Part shown: positions 38,801-53,774 of the stretch, one piece after another | Layout: each line of letters begins with the position of its first letter | Numbering within the stretch: position 1 is the stretch's first letter | Assembly: GCA_051294905.1 (NCBI GenBank) | Contig: CM119371.1 | Span: 22,508,001-22,572,000, forward strand | DNA from: Botryllus schlosseri | Lineage: Eukaryota | DNA length: 64,000 nucleotides | Direction: 5' to 3' | Program-made: the position numbers and the translations under genes | The notes under the pieces: generated by a model | Databases searched by the model: none | The model's input: only the letters and a program-made list of their open reading frames with translations | Told to the model about the DNA's origin: nothing

Positions 38801-39546
38801 CAGGGGTGGGCAAATTCTCCAGTCGGCGGGCCGGATACAGGAAAATTAAGTACATGGCGGGCCGGATTGCTGAATCTATACATTATTCGCCTATTTATAA
38901 ACATATACGCGGAATAAATCGTATTTAATGAATGTATTTTAGCGACAGCAATGTCACTTCAAACTTATTTCTCACCGATAATGACGAATACAATGTGGAT
39001 TTGGGAACAGCATTGTCATACAGGCGCCGCCATTACAATGCAACATTCGAGGCTGATTTCGGGGAGTTCCAGTGCCACGAGCAGAATAAAATTTATATTT
39101 TCGCAATCAGTACCGCGATAGCTTTCGATGGATTCCAGTTTTATCAAATTTAATGCTCGCCAAGCGGGTAAAAAATTACCCGCAAACTGCCTTGAGCCAA
39201 ATGGAAAGTGTGACGTAGACCAATTTCTCTGAGCCGTGAGATTTGCTTGTGTCCAGAACACTATGGTGCAATCGTTGGTTAAGATTTCGAGGCGTGCGAT
39301 GAGCCCGTTACCCCAGATTTACCAATATATCAATTCATTAGGGTTGAGTACATGGTAAATGCCGATAATGCAAGTCTTCTCGCTACGACGAGCTTTCGTG
39401 TAAGCTCTGCACTCGCACGCTGCGCGCACACGTATATAATGACATACAGTCACTAAAATTTGACGCTTAAGAAAGTAGTGGAGAATGTGGCGAGACTGGG
39501 GCCGCGGGCCGGATCCGGCCCGGGGGCCGTATGTTGCCCGCTCCTG
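38801..39546. mobile_element. hAT MITE carrying one arm of the palindromic MITE
   Basis: TIR CAGG(G/A)G(T/C)GGGCAA; perfect TSD GTATATGG. Confidence 0.85.
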
Positions 39547-40299
39547 GTATATGGGTTCATAATTATAGGAAACGCACTATTCGATACGTTACCGATCATA
39601 AGGCGCATATGAATATTTCTACAAGCAACAAAGTGACGACTGAAACCATATGAATTAGGGAAGTGGCGTATCGAAGTTCAATCAGAAAGTTTGCCAAGTA
39701 TAGCAATGCTGATCGTAATAATACTGAGTACTGATTATGTGTTTTGCAGGTTATATCTATTTACTCCTCTCGGATAAAATTGTCTAATTCGTCTGAAATA
39801 GGCAAAGATCACGTCGGGACGCAGAAAATAATAAATCGATTCAGGCAGCAAGTTAGATGGTATGCCATGTTAAAGTTCGCGTTCGAGAATTGTTTTTTCG
39901 GACTCCGCTCGCGTAGGTGAGATGTCCAATGTACCCTCGATCAGTGCTCTGATTGCATAGTCGTAATTATCCCCTGTTGTGACCATGATAAACCTGACTT
40001 GAATCTTGATTCACAGCAGTTTTTGTGACCTTCAAACTTATCCATTTATCGATATAATGAGCCTTACGTAATGATAACGAGTCGCATCTATGAATGATAT
40101 GGATGCTATGCTATGTTACTCGGAAAGTTATCGATTCAAAAATAACGATAAATATAGGATTTTCAAGAATTTCGCATTAGACTCCGGTGATACCCATGAC
40201 GTAGAATATTACGTTGGAAGTTAAGTCTCATTTAGGATACAGAAACGATGTCAGCGTTGATGTCGCAGCATCTTTGCTGGGTCAGTAAGTAAATCAATT

Positions 40300-41282
40300 G
40301 ATCGCTGTTTATGGTTGTATATATTTTTTTGCTATGACCGTTGGTGGAATAGCCCATCGAGTTGCGCTGTGATGGAGCGAAGTACTCCCTTTCAAAAGAG
40401 AAGCTTAAATCTGGTATCTTTGATAGATCTAAGATTCGAATACGGATGAAAGATTCCAATTTCATATTTGGAAGGAGTTCACTTAATGGAATTTATCCTA
40501 AGATGTAGTAAATAAAACGTTTTAGATAGTCCCAAAGCACCCAACTACAAATAGTTGGACCGAAAATTTGTATCTGCATATGGAAAACTCGGAACAAACA
40601 AGAACGTAAAATTTCTCCACCTGTTCAATCATCTTGATATATTTCGTGATGATCTTGTTGATTAGGAAGGGGATAGGTTCCACTAATACATCAAAACAAC
40701 AAAAGAAAGATATTAGGGCAAATGAGATGAACATATTATGGCAAACCATTGCTGGGACCTTTCGAGAACCTACACTAAATTGCTTTCCGGCGAGATTCGT
40801 ACAAAAAACATTGTGCTTTAAAATGAATGAATAATATTATATTCCAACTGATTATATCAAATTTACAATAAGTGGTTGACGTAAAACTGATGGAATTAAT
40901 GCCACGTTATTTTAGTATCTAGGTAAATACTTATATACCTGACTGGAGTTTATTTATGTACATGATATCCATGAAAGTCTATAATTATGATAAATCCAAT
41001 ATTCCCAAATATAGTGCTGTTGCTGTATTTTGATTTAAAAGAGTCTTCCGTGTAGAAAAATAACAAGTAGATTGAGTTTCTAAACTTTATAGTACGACTG
41101 GATTGATTTTCTATCTAGCAATGACAGCGAAAATGGGAGATTTTGGTCACAATAGCCCACGGGTTATCTCAAAATCAAGAGCCAAATTGAAAAAATATTA
41201 AGGTCAAATTCGGAATCAGTGCCCTTCATAACCTTCAAAACCACTCTTACCTTGTCTGCCTAAAAATATGTGTTGACCAGTG
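40300..41282 (+). mobile_element. Chapaev3-like transposase remnant with right terminus
   Basis: KEKLKSGIFDRSKIR..MKD and HLDIFRDDL..EGDRFH..IK..KERY.GK.DEH.MANHCW (cf. GERFHQDI..RYQGRW..MMADYCW); ends GTTGACCAGTG|TTA. Confidence 0.65.
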
Positions 41283-41500
41283 TTATTGACAGTCCTGTCC
41301 TCAAAATGATTCATTATATCTGCTTTGAGGGTACTGTTCCGTGACAGATAAAATCACTATGAGATGTCCACGGCAGACCGAGTTATGTATGCTAACAATT
41401 GATTGACATCCATTATATTCTATAACAGGGCTGCTTTTATTCTGCTGTATTGAACAATTTTTGGCGCTCATCGCGTATTAATGTCATCTATGCCATAAAG

Positions 41501-42661
41501 CAGAGGTCTCAAACACGCGGCCCGCCAGAGCATTTTGTGCGGCCCGCGACGACATTTTAGATTTTTAATAATTTGACAATATATAAGTGTCACATAAATC
41601 TTTTCAGGTTATAAAGTCAAAAATCCCTTTTATATTGCTCCGAAAGCCTGAAACTATTCGTCAAACTTCACTATCACATCCATTGCAAACGCTACCATGC
41701 AGGGAAAGATGCACTATTTCGCCACATTTCCAATTCATGATGACAAAACCTGACCCTTAGACGATTTGTGACTGAAATTTGTGAGTTGGAATTGGACACG
41801 TCCTTTCTTAGAATTACTCAGACTCGGGCTAACTAGATGGCAAAATGAAAATGACTCGAGTTGACTCGGAATGCCGTGAATTTGTTAGAACCATGGACGC
41901 GACAAACTAATCGCGTATCAGGGGAATAGTAATGGATCAGAAGGTCGCAGCTTGGTATTTCGCTAACCAAGCAAGTAGTTATGGCAACCATGAGTAATCT
42001 CGTAGTTACATCTTTGGTCGCTAAACCATGTTATTAGGGCCACTTCAAGGTACCGAGTACCGTAGTGGTACGTAACAACAATGGGCCGTTCGGCGTTCCG
42101 ACATTTCAATCACTAAGACACGTTCATTATTATATTTATATCACATTTTAATTTTTTTCTGCTCCTGTATTTGAAGATATTTGGCAATGAGATTAATAGC
42201 CTACTTATCAGAAGTATACCCGAATCCTGGATTGGAATTACAATGCTCAATGTTTTGATATCAGATCAGTCTCTATTATCAATCTGTTAAATTCAAAATA
42301 TTCATAGTAGCTGCAAAATTATAACCCGATAGCTTTTATGATGGCATCATACATTTGTCCGCCCATATGGTGTCTATATCTTATAATTGATATATATCAA
42401 GTACAACAATTCTATTCAAATAGTTATAAATGTGATGATTCTTTCCGTGCCTGGCCTAAATTGATGCAAGAGCAAATCACATTTTGACGAAGTGTGTTTA
42501 CTGTCAGTCTGCTGGATCGGCTCACTATCAATAGGACAATTCATTCCCGCCAGATAAGGCCTACTTGGAAAGACATAGAATACCCCTATAAGTGCTGCGG
42601 CCCGCGGCGTCGTCAAAACGGGAAAACTGACCCGCGAGCACATTTGAGTTTGAGACCTCTG
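41501..42661. mobile_element. hAT MITE
   Basis: TIR CAGAGGTCTCAAAC; perfect TSD CCATAAAG. Confidence 0.9.
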
Positions 42662-43455
42662 CCATAAAGGATGTTGCAATGTTCATAGGTCTCTTTGCTT
42701 TTCCGTAATTTAAACGGACGATTTTCAGTCCCGCATCTATTCACCACCTTTTTTTCTCACTGCCATGCGTTCCCGTCAATGCCTTTGCTACCGATCTATA
42801 TTTGATCACTCCATTTGATCCACCTGGGCTTTTTGCGCGACTCCGCGAACGCAGTGAGGTCAGCGACGGGACTAACAGGGCTGTATTGGGCCTTGGCAAT
42901 TGCGATTGCTAAAATGTCGTCTGTAATTGCCATACCAATGAGCAACTCATCACGAAACCGGCACTTATCTCAGCGGTATTTTAAATGCGGTATCGAGATT
43001 TTTGTCAAAGCGGCGAAAGGTATTGATTTGATGGAAATAATATAGCAATATGACGTCACAGGTTAGTGATCACGCTCTCGGTCACATTACTATTCTTATT
43101 ACTATTGTCCTCACACAATGACGTTTATCGCCTCTTTCAGGCTACGTGCGTCACAGACACGAATTTTTTGTAGTCCCCATATTATCTTTGACTTTCGTAA
43201 TCTTTTGGAAACGATTTCATTTTTTCCCTCAGTTAATCGTCAGTCTTTCTCGCACCCATGCATACCCATTATGGCCTCTGCTGCCTACTTGTGGCACGGC
43301 TCACTTTCAGTCTTGTAATGAGTTCAGCGATGAGGAACCCAGAGAAACCTTCGGCACGTAGGATATGGTCGGAACCGTTTTTCGCACCTACTTCCATTCG
43401 TGTCGTGAGTATAGTGTTTAACCGACTGTGCGACTGGCTTCGCGTTCACGTAGAG

Positions 43456-43713
43456 CAGTGGTTCCCAACCTTTTTCAACCCATCGCCCCCTTTTCAAGCT
43501 CAACACTGATCATCACCCCCCAAATTTTGTGTACCGTGGGTTTCCGTGGGTTGACTAAAAAAAAGCTCAGCCGTTTTGACGCGTCAGCGCCCCCCTATCG
43601 CCCCTTCGCTATTTTCGCCCCCCGTCGCCCCCTTTGTCCATTTTCGCCCCTATCGCCTCCTTCGTCATTTTCGCCCCCCTAGACCACCAAATCGCCCACG
43701 TTGGGAACCACTG
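43456..43713. mobile_element. Short hAT MITE
   Basis: TIR CAGTGGTTCCCAAC; TCGCCCC repeats; decayed TSD ACGTAGAG/TCATAGAG. Confidence 0.8.
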
Positions 43714-46111
43714 TCATAGAGCACTTCAAAAAGATTCGCGTTCACACGAACCAAAGCATTTAAGGGGTTCGCACGATCACTATAGTGTACATCGTAGCCA
43801 TCGATTGTGCCTAAACTATGTGGGTTCCGTACAAGTTTTAAAAAGAAACATTTTCCCACATTGAAATGGAAATTGGGAAATTGTAAGGTTGCATGAAAAA
43901 CGCAACACACAAGATCTGAGTAAATTCCAACCATAAGAAGCCGAGCTATGACGATTTGACATTTCGATCACTATAGTATACAAACATTTGGAAATTTCGT
44001 CACTTCAAGATGACCAAACATCGTGGTCCAAGCATGCCTGAAGTGGATGCTGACTTTTTTGTTGTGGGGTGGGGGGTGGTGGTGGGGGTTCCAGGACCAC
44101 GAGCAGAATATTTTCGCAATCATTACGGCAAGAGATTTCGATTGATACCAATTTGAGCAATATTCGCGCTCGGCAAGTCCGTCAAAAATTACCGTAAAAT
44201 TGCCGTTGGCCAAACGGAAAGTGTGACGTAGAGCAATCGCAGTGAGCCGTGGGATTTGATTGTGTCCGCACCATATAGGACACGGTGGACAAAGCCATCC
44301 CAAACGCCAAGAGTCAACTAGAGTGGAGCGTTTTTAATCTTTCGTGACACTCTGCTGTGAGCTTAGCCCTAAATCACACATCAAGATCGGAACACACTAA
44401 ATCTTGGTAGACAATGAATTAAGCTTATTCGACCAATCAACTAGAATTGATATAAAAAATACATCGTTGTCTTACGTGAAAATCTAGCAGGCATACGGCA
44501 TCGATCTTCATTTGATATGTCCATGGTATCATAATTACCAAATCCGCCCGATCGGAGTGTTTTGGCTACTGTATAACTTGTTTATGGACTAATATCGGTA
44601 GCAAGCATAGAAATCAGTTTTACACTCTTCTCAGCGCAAATATAAGAATAGTCAGATCACGAATACATTTTCTCGTCTAGCCTTGGCCGTCAAAGCGTAG
44701 GCTTTTATTCCCTTGCAAGTTCTCATCGGAATTGCAGGCAAAGTGATGGAGCAAATTGATTTTTTGTGATATTTATAACATTTGATTGTTCCAGTTGATA
44801 GATTTGGTGATGGTCAAAACGGCAACCCAATGTACTTCAGCATTGCGGCATTTTGTGGACTAAGTCGTCGCTAATAGGCACCGTGTACCTGTACAATCTA
44901 CATTGTATTACTTCTCTGAATTGTAGTGTTGGAATTAGCAATATGACGTCACACGACGTCATAGGTTTGTGTTCACGTTCTCATTCACATAGAAGCTTTC
45001 GAACAGGTTCGCGTACACACGAACATGAAACTTTCAGGGTTGCGCACTATCCATATACCATATAAAAGTGGCCGGGCTTGCGAGCCATACTTGGTTCTTT
45101 TGCTGATAAAATATGGCTCTTGGATAAATTTCAAATTAGTCTCATTACTCCCATTATTTATCGGTATTGCCGCAAGTTTTTGATGAGTTTCATAGTCATT
45201 GGTATCATTTGCTGTGGTAGATGAGACAAGTCTATATGAGGTCGAAACAGTGATGTATCATGGAGAGGACGGGGAGGGGTGGAAGCTCATAAACTAAAGA
45301 TATTGAAATTTATGGCAGATATTGGCTGCTGATAATACTCAATATTATCACGCCAATATAATTGATTTTCCGAGCGAAAATTATTTCGTGAAATACATCA
45401 GACAAATCAAGTCTGTCAGGTTCGATACGAATATGCTACAAAACAAAGCTGTCAATATATTATCCAATATCATAATTCCCTGTACCCACTACTACACACC
45501 TTGCAATCTTGGATTGTACAATGTGTTGATTAATCAGAGAGCACACATGGCGACGCCTATGATTAGCTAAGTTAAATTGTCCGATGCTCTACCACCGCTT
45601 TTGATTATGCTGCGCGGTCAAACGTCGTACAACCGGTTGATTGGTGCGGGCGTTATAACATCACAGCAGTGTATACAACACGGAAATATGGTGCACACGA
45701 CGAATCACATGAACTTAACATCGATTTCGTGACACCTTGACGTCATGGATCTTCAATTGTGACGTAACAGTCAATTAGAATCACTGTATGGCGCTTTCAG
45801 AATTATATTTGAAAATAAAAGGTCATTAAGCCTCTTCTGCCGAAAAAGGTTCCCGACACCTGCTATATATGTTACAGCGCTCTCATAAATTGCTGCATAT
45901 CGGAAGTCACATCTATAGCATTGCTATTAGTATGCCAGTGTGCAATAATGTACATGACACCTCTATTATTTACCAACACCTGAAACACTGAAAATCTTTG
46001 GGCTAATAGTAGTTTGGGCTTTGCATTGCATTACTATCCTGCGCCAGAACCAGGTTTGCATAGCCTATGAAATCTGCTTCAAAAATATATCCAATCACAT
46101 GTTCGAAATAT

Positions 46112-49100
46112 TTATGGTCTGCTGAAGCCAAACATTTCAAAATCGTTCCTGTAACTGTTATATATGTCTTCGATGGTTTCAGCAGGAACTGAAGCCATAT
46201 ATTTTTGTAATTTCTCTTTGTCTGTTTGCTCTGACTCAGCGTAATTGCTTGGAAATAATATGTGCTCCATTCTCATCATCTTCATGAATGCAGTCATGTC
46301 GTTGGTAATAGTTTCGACATGGGCGACGAAGTCGTACCGTATCGTGCACGGCAGACACAAGTCGTAATACAAACTCCAATGTCGATCTCTGTCCCTATCC
46401 ATGGCTGCGTATTTCAGAAACTCAGCGAACGTCGCCAACTTTGAGTTAGGATCATCCGCAGATATATTTGAATGAATCTTTCGTGACATATCCGCGAACT
46501 CTTTACTCCAAGGATACTCTTTTTCGAGTTTATTTCTATACGCCGACAAGAGTCTGTAAACCGGATCGCGTACTATGATCAGTCTCATATAATTTCGTAA
46601 CCGTTCCGCGATTCCTGTCACGTTCCGCAAGTGCCTCAGGTCTAGTTTGGCGTCGGCCAATCGGTGCGCGAGCTCCGACTTGACTTCTCTCGGATTTGTA
46701 GTATTTATCAAATATTCAGTTGTAAGAAGTACTTTCTTCATGCTGGAGCTCGCGCATTTCGGTATCTCGCAGAGAATGAACTGGCAACAAAAATATGCTG
46801 TGTTAAGTTTAGGCCAAAAATATTGTGACTGAGATGTAGCACTATGCAGGCTGGGTGGAATCGCCTCTAATAGTATAAAAAAAGTATGCTCCTTTCTGAC
46901 ACTTTTTTCTGGGCCCTGTACCAAACTCATCGTACGGGAAGGAATAGATGTTGAGAACTATTCTTTATCGGATCTGTCATATATATATATGCAGTGCTCT
47001 ATACAAACCAATAAGGCTTAACAGAGCTTCCACTAAGTATGTATATTCGCAAAATTTGCATTGAGAGTTGCAACGTAATAAACAGCCCATGCAATTAGAG
47101 ATTGGAGAATATGCTATACAATTTTGTTAGACTAACGCAGCGGGGAAATTGGTAAATCGTGTCAACAGCCGTGGCGGTCATCAGCATATCATAATCAGAG
47201 GTGGTCATGGTTGTCTGATATTGTACTCAAGTATAGGGGTTAGTAACAGCATATATTTCTAATCAATTGCAACTAGAAGTAGCGATATAATACAATATGT
47301 TACAAATAATGCAAGTACAAGTAAAAAGTAAGAGGTTGCAAACGTATTGAATAAGTAGTTCATAAAGTAGGTTTGGTCCAAGCATCGCATCCTTTTAGTA
47401 GTGAACCCGTGTTGGCTATTTTAAATTGAAAATTGCATCATCAGGACTGCAGTGTTGGGATCAAGTCACTACCTTCGAGTCAGGAGTCATCTCGAGTCAT
47501 TGCAGATTTTGACTCGAGTCAAGTCAAGTCAATCGATTTTCAAATGTGACTCGAGTCAAGTCAAGTCACTCGTTTTTCAGAGGTGACTCGAGTCAAGTCG
47601 AGTCAAGTCAAGTCACGAGTCAAGTCACAATTCAAGTCAAATAGAATTTTTGAAGTACGAGTGATGATTCAAAGTCATTACATTTTGCTAGCTGTGTGAA
47701 AGACGATTTAATTGGTCATTTATCTTGAATCAAATAACGAATCCAGTTTAATATACATGAAAAAAGACGCTGTATCCCTCACGCACACGTAAAAACGCTA
47801 TTAAAATACGGGGGGACTGTACAGCTACATGACACAGTCAGTTATTATCAGTAGGGCGGTTTTTTTTTGACATGTCAAAATTTGTCAAAATTTTGTCAAA
47901 ATTGTAGCGTTAGGTCAAAATTTGTCAAAATTGTTCATAAAGTCAAAAAAATTTTGACGTCTTTATTTTGTTTGTATCGTAGATTTTGCACTGTCGGTGA
48001 ACGTATCATTTGATATTTTACAGCTTGTGGCCTACTTTATAGGCCTACTGTTGTAAACGGCTAATTGTCTGCTCATACTGAATCATCAACGGTCAAATAA
48101 AACAAATAGGTGGACATGGTATTATGGTCAACGTACCGCAATATCCTAACTGGGGCATCATTCTTATATTGAGAAGCGCATGATGAAAAATTGTAATAGA
48201 CAACATTGTCAGAATGAAGCAACATGGTGTGTCACCAGTAGTGTATGCACAACTTGAGTGTTGTCAACCAACAACTGCTGCTGCTGTTGAACGTCCTTGG
48301 CAAGTAAGGACATGCACTTTTTACCCAAGAATATAGGAAAGTATCTCTCGTTGTACTACAATTTTTTTTAAATTATTTCCACCATAATACGTATTGCAAC
48401 CACTGGAATTCTTCATAGGATCAGATTTCGTTAAAATATTGTTTTTTATATGTACAAAGTTGCCTGTTACTATGCCAAAAACGTTTAGTCAGGCCAAACT
48501 ACTTTGTTGGGACAGCCAGTTACAACCGGAAATGTAGGTAACTGGTACAATTTTGACATTATTTGGGAAAACACCTAATTTGCATACGTTAGATCAAAAT
48601 TTGGTCAAAATTCAAGTTTTTTAGGTCAAAAAAAGTCAAAATATTAATTTTTTAGGTCAAAATTTTCTTTTTTTTAGGTCAAAAAAAAAATAACGCCCTA
48701 ATTATCCGTCAAAATATGGGACCTAATGCGAAGCTTCGATAAGTTCTTTAAAGTATGGGTCACGACCAGAACATGGGTCGACAATGGTATAATTTTGGGT
48801 AGCAATGCCACCAGAGCGATCCTTTATTACAAATGTAGATTTTGTTGAATTTCTTGCAAGAAAAATGTTTCTTCGCGCATCGCGCGATTTCGTGTGGGTA
48901 GTTTGTGCATATCCTGAGTCACTATGTTAGGTACTATAGCCTACAGCCAGGACACGTAGAAAAGTCGTTACTACAATAAGTTCAATATGGCTTGATCATG
49001 GAAATTTGCCAGCCTTTGCATGATCAAATTGGTTTGGATTGATGATTGCCCGACATTACTTCTCTGTAAAACACCGCCGGAGACCGTTGAGATGCTTTAG

Positions 49101-52100
49101 TATGGGGATGCGCAACGTCGGGTGCAGGACTATGAAACACAGATATTCCGAGGCTAACCTCTGCGGCTTCGGGAGTGATGAAGACATGGTGTTTGAGCGT
49201 ACATACGGTTGGACACAGTGTGGTGCTAAAATGATCGCTGGCGATGAAACCTTGGCCAACAATGACCGTCGATCGTTGGCTGGAACATTCGATATTGATG
49301 GGTTCGGTAATCGAAATGATCAGGGAGCCAATAGCCCAGTCCTTGCAGTCTCAGTAAACAGTAGTAGAAAAGAAATACAAATAAGACTCACAAGAGAAAA
49401 TAATGCGTCCTAATTTGAAATAGCGTGCGTCAGATTAGTTTCACAGAGCTGTGTTGCATGCAACTGTTATCTTCGCGTTCTTCAAGCCACGAATGCTTGT
49501 ATAAGTAGCATACTAATATTAAAAAGGCATTCTTCTTGATGTGTGAGGCTGGTGTCGCGACATGCCATTAACACTAAGAATTTGGTCGCGGTCTAAAAAG
49601 ATTTAGAACCACTGTAATAAAGGTAGCATCTCCAATGGGTTACAAAGTAAGAGGTCCTACTTAAGCAACTATTCCTTAAAGGCGGAAGTAGCCAAAAATC
49701 ATCCACGGGTCAGCAGAGGTGGTCAGTAAGAAAGTACTTCTACTTTTCAAACTACTGCAAGTAGACAGACTACGTTCTCAATTAGTTATGATATCAAACT
49801 ATCTCTATTTCTACTTCATATTTCTCGCTTTGTTGGGCAAAACTAGGCTTAGAATACATAGCATCCGAGATCATTAGCTTACCTTCTATTTATAGAAATG
49901 AGTAATTTGGGTAGAATGAGGTGGGCGTTAAAAACTAGTAACGAGCGATTCAAACAGTTTATGTCTCACCCGATGTGTGTCAGAGTACAGCAGTTTGACT
50001 TTCGGCTCTAGTTTCATGACGTCAAAATCGTCGTCGATGTCTCCCAAGTTTTGTCGCTGACATTCTTCATGAAGTAGTGATTGACGCTTTCTTTGTAACT
50101 CCATAAACCCCACTTCATCATGAACTCGGTGGCTCTCGACGTGTTTGGCGCTCCAAACCCTCTGTTATCAATATATTTTGATTCACAAAGTGATACTGTA
50201 GTCCTTTTCCAAATACTTTATGCGATTAAGCGGTGTTGAAACTTCCTAATTCCATCCATCCTAATACGCAAATTGCATATGAAATGCAGGAATGATTCAG
50301 ATGGATCAGCGTGTCTAAAACTGAGTTTGAGCTTCTTTATTGCAAGGTTTAGTTGAACAGCGTCAGCTCAAACGTGGCGTTGACACGGAGAAAAAAAACA
50401 CCACTACTCTATAAGGCTGATTTTAGCTTTTCGTTGATGATTCGAGAATTATCAACGAAAAACTCAAACACCTCCGCTTCTACTAGTTGGAATTTAGTCA
50501 AATTTGTTTTGCATCGTCTTTGAAGACAGCTCAACAATTTCATGGGGTTGACCGAAATATTTGAATTTTTTTTCAATATTCCCTAATAATTTAAAAATCT
50601 AAAATGGATCTGCGGAGTCTTATACTTGTTACAATTAAACCAAATTTGGTGTGCAGTGTTTTTTAGGGTAGCTGGTCAATTTAATCAATGAATGGATGGA
50701 ATCCGGAAAAAAAGCTTACATGATGATTGATATCGTCGCATCATTTGCAGCAATTTGCGACACTTCAGCGCGCGGGGTAACGTTCAGGTTCGGGTTATAT
50801 TTTGAGTAGGGTTTCCTAACCTGTGAGCCATGGCCCTCAGGCGGGCCACGACAAAATATGAATTATTACATCATCTCTAAGTGTACTTCACCATAACAAA
50901 AGAAGTAAATTGAAATTTAAGCTGCAAGAAGAGACGGCAACCCAGCAGGCTATGATTTGATCAACTAATCATGTCTCACATCCCAGACACAGTAAACCAT
51001 TGCTCCTATGAAGCGATAACAACAACCGACAATGCTTTAATTACGCCTGTTTTCTCCGTGTTCAGCGTCCCCGCACCCCTTCAGAACACTCCATTTACTT
51101 CACGCGGATCACTTAATTATTCCTGCGGGTGGCCTGCATAAGAGCACCCTGCTTCATAAAAGTGGCGTACTACAAAAATGTGGCATAACTGTGTGTACCA
51201 GTAGTGGCTATACTCTGACGTTTTAAACCACTTCGATTCAATATTTCTTTCTTAGATTCAAAAGTCACATTACACACACCATATGTTAATATATATGTCA
51301 TGACTAGGGCCATTTAAAGTCATTAAAGTCATATTTTTTTCTATGCATCAGTATGTCGTGAAATCAATTTTAACGCAAAAAACGCATCCCTATGGGGTAT
51401 ATTAAGAAAGTTATAAAGTCATATAAAGTCATATTTTGCTGGTTAGGTCATAAAAAGTTATAAAATCATATTTTTAGTATAGTTTAAATAAAAAGTACTA
51501 ATTTAAGCGGTGAAGCAATCAAGCACTAAGAAACTAAGGCAGTTACTCGTTGGATAGCTGGTCGAATGCTGCTCAATATTATGCCGAGACGTAGGAAGGT
51601 GAAGTTATTGTAAAGAGCATCAAAAATTCAGTCAACGTTGACTATTCAGCCAATTTGCCTCAACTATAACAATATTTCAAACTTAATACTGAAAATGGAA
51701 AATTATATAGCCTACGTACACCGTCAACCTGATGTAATGTTGTAATGGAAAGTTATAGCTTACGTACACGCCCATGCTGATCTAAATGCCCTTGATTTCG
51801 GAAAAGATCCGGACAAAAACGACGTGAAAAAAATTATGGAGCTACAAAGACGAGACATTTCACCGTCGCTTTATGCAAAACTGCAGAAGTGTCAACCCAC
51901 ATCAGCGTAGGTGGAGCGCTCATTTTCTTTATTACTAAAGTCAGTTTACGTCCAAATCGTAACTTCAAAGACTCTAACATCACTACATCAAACTGTACTG
52001 CAACAGTGGCTTCAAATAAAAATGGATGTGTTATGTTGCGTATGTTTTACTCTTTAGTTCCGTGAGTGACGTTGTTCGCATGTAAAAATACACGATTTTC

Positions 52101-53774
52101 ACATAAAGTCATATAAAGTCATATTTTCCGAAAAATAAAGTCATATTATGGATTTTTTAAGGTCATATAAAAATGGCCCTAGTCATGACGCTATAAAGAA
52201 ATGCTTCATTTCTGTCTAACTTCGCGACCAAGAAAGAGCGACAAAAATGACCGCCGAAGAAAGACCAATATCGAAAAGACTGTAACACCGGGAACGATGC
52301 AGTATCATTAGTTTCGGCATCTCCCTCTGCTCATTAAATTGCAGTGTGTCCTGTATAGCGCGTTGTACATTGTGTGTGTCTTTATCGGATAAAAATATAA
52401 TCTGACGGTTATTGATTATTAATATTGATATAGAATACCGGACCGATCAGAAATTGTCACTGACTCAAAAGTATCAAATTACAGCTTCGATATACTATCT
52501 GTTCGATCCGAAGTCAAAATCATGCATCAGTATATGATCTATATAATGGATGGTACGACTCAACGATGACTTTTAAATAAAATATAAAATTACATTAGTT
52601 TTATTGCCGTTGTTGTGGCAGCACAAATTAAGCTTATCCAGAATTGAAGAATGTACCATATATCAATGAGAAGGTCCTGCAGCCCTTGGAGTTTTCATGC
52701 CCCCAGTTTCATATTCACTGCGTTCTATCGTCGCAACAACACAGCGTGTCAGTTCAATATATGCATCATTGACATTGCCCATTTTGAATATGGAATACCA
52801 ATTCATCACGTACCCAATTCCTCGTGACTTCGAGAGCGAATGTTCTCTTGTTGTTATTTTTCATGCTATCGCGTCGATGACCGTGTTCCTCCGTTCGATT
52901 CTTCGATAACAAAAATTATTAGCAAAAGTTGATGTTCACGTAAAGATATTAGGTATAGGCATAAGATAAGATATTTAATTGAATATTTAACGACTACCTC
53001 CGACTTGTGCAAGGTTTGTCGAAGGCATATCACGCACTCGTTTCCTGAGATACCCGGGAAATAAAATTCATGATATTGAGTATGTATTTGAGCAATATTT
53101 TTAAAAACTTTGTTTAGACTCTCGCGGGCCGCACAGAACGGTGTCGCGCGCTGCATACGATCCGCAGGCCGCAGTTTGCCCACCCCTGGGCTAACCCATC
53201 AACATGAAATTATCTCAGCCGCTAGATGTCGCCATGCTGCAAACAAATTATCACGAGTTGTAGTCGTAGCTCACTTTTGATTTGACCAGGGAAACAGTTA
53301 CGACTAAAAATTCGTAAGGAATTTTCGATTTCTTTTGAAGCTATATAATGAAATTTTACGATAGTGCAAACCGATATGGAGCATTTTCGCCGTAAGCGAA
53401 AATACTGACGGTATGCCCAGTAAAATATAAGTTTTGCGATTCTTAGGTATGTTTTGTTGACATAGGCCATGGCATGAAAACAGCCGTACCATGTTAATAT
53501 CGCAAACCAAATAAAAAATAATAATTTTAATACTTTCTCAGGTTTTACAGTCGCTAATCTCCTTAAACAACGAAACTGATAAATGTTCATGTATAAACAT
53601 TTCAGTCGATGGGCGGATATATAGGCAATACTCATTAAGCGTATATACGTAATAAATAGAATAATAATTCTCATGCTGAATTATACTTACCGGTTGTCTG
53701 CATGATATAAATATACAGATTATAATGAACGCACCAATTAGAGAGCGGGTAAGTGTCCTTACAGGCTTACTCAT
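46112..53774 (-). CDS. Carbohydrate sulfotransferase (Sulfotransfer_2; CHST8-14-like), paralog B, ~343 aa
   Basis: Exons 53774-53691 (TM anchor), 52900-52814, 50161-49970, 46780-46112, all phase 0 GT-AG. Motifs IPKCASSSMKK, VRDPVYRLLSAYRNK, HWSLYYDLCLPCTIRYDFV. Confidence 0.88.
47450..47640. mobile_element. MITE end with GAGTCAAGTC repeats
   Basis: CAGTGTTGGG.. followed by tandem TGACTCGAGTCAAGTC; related fragments ~8850-8930, 41810-41870, 58045-58115. Confidence 0.55.
47852..48700 (+). mobile_element. Non-autonomous hAT element
   Basis: TIR TAGGGCG/CGCCCTA, GTCAAAA subterminal repeats, TSD ATTATCAG/ATTATCCG, transposase C-terminal remnant. Confidence 0.8.
51305..52181 (+). mobile_element. 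Non-autonomous hAT element
   Basis: TIR TAGGGCCATTT; AAAGTCATA repeats; perfect TSD GTCATGAC; remnants VTRW.SW.NAAQYYAE and LQKCQPTSA*VERSFS. Confidence 0.88.
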
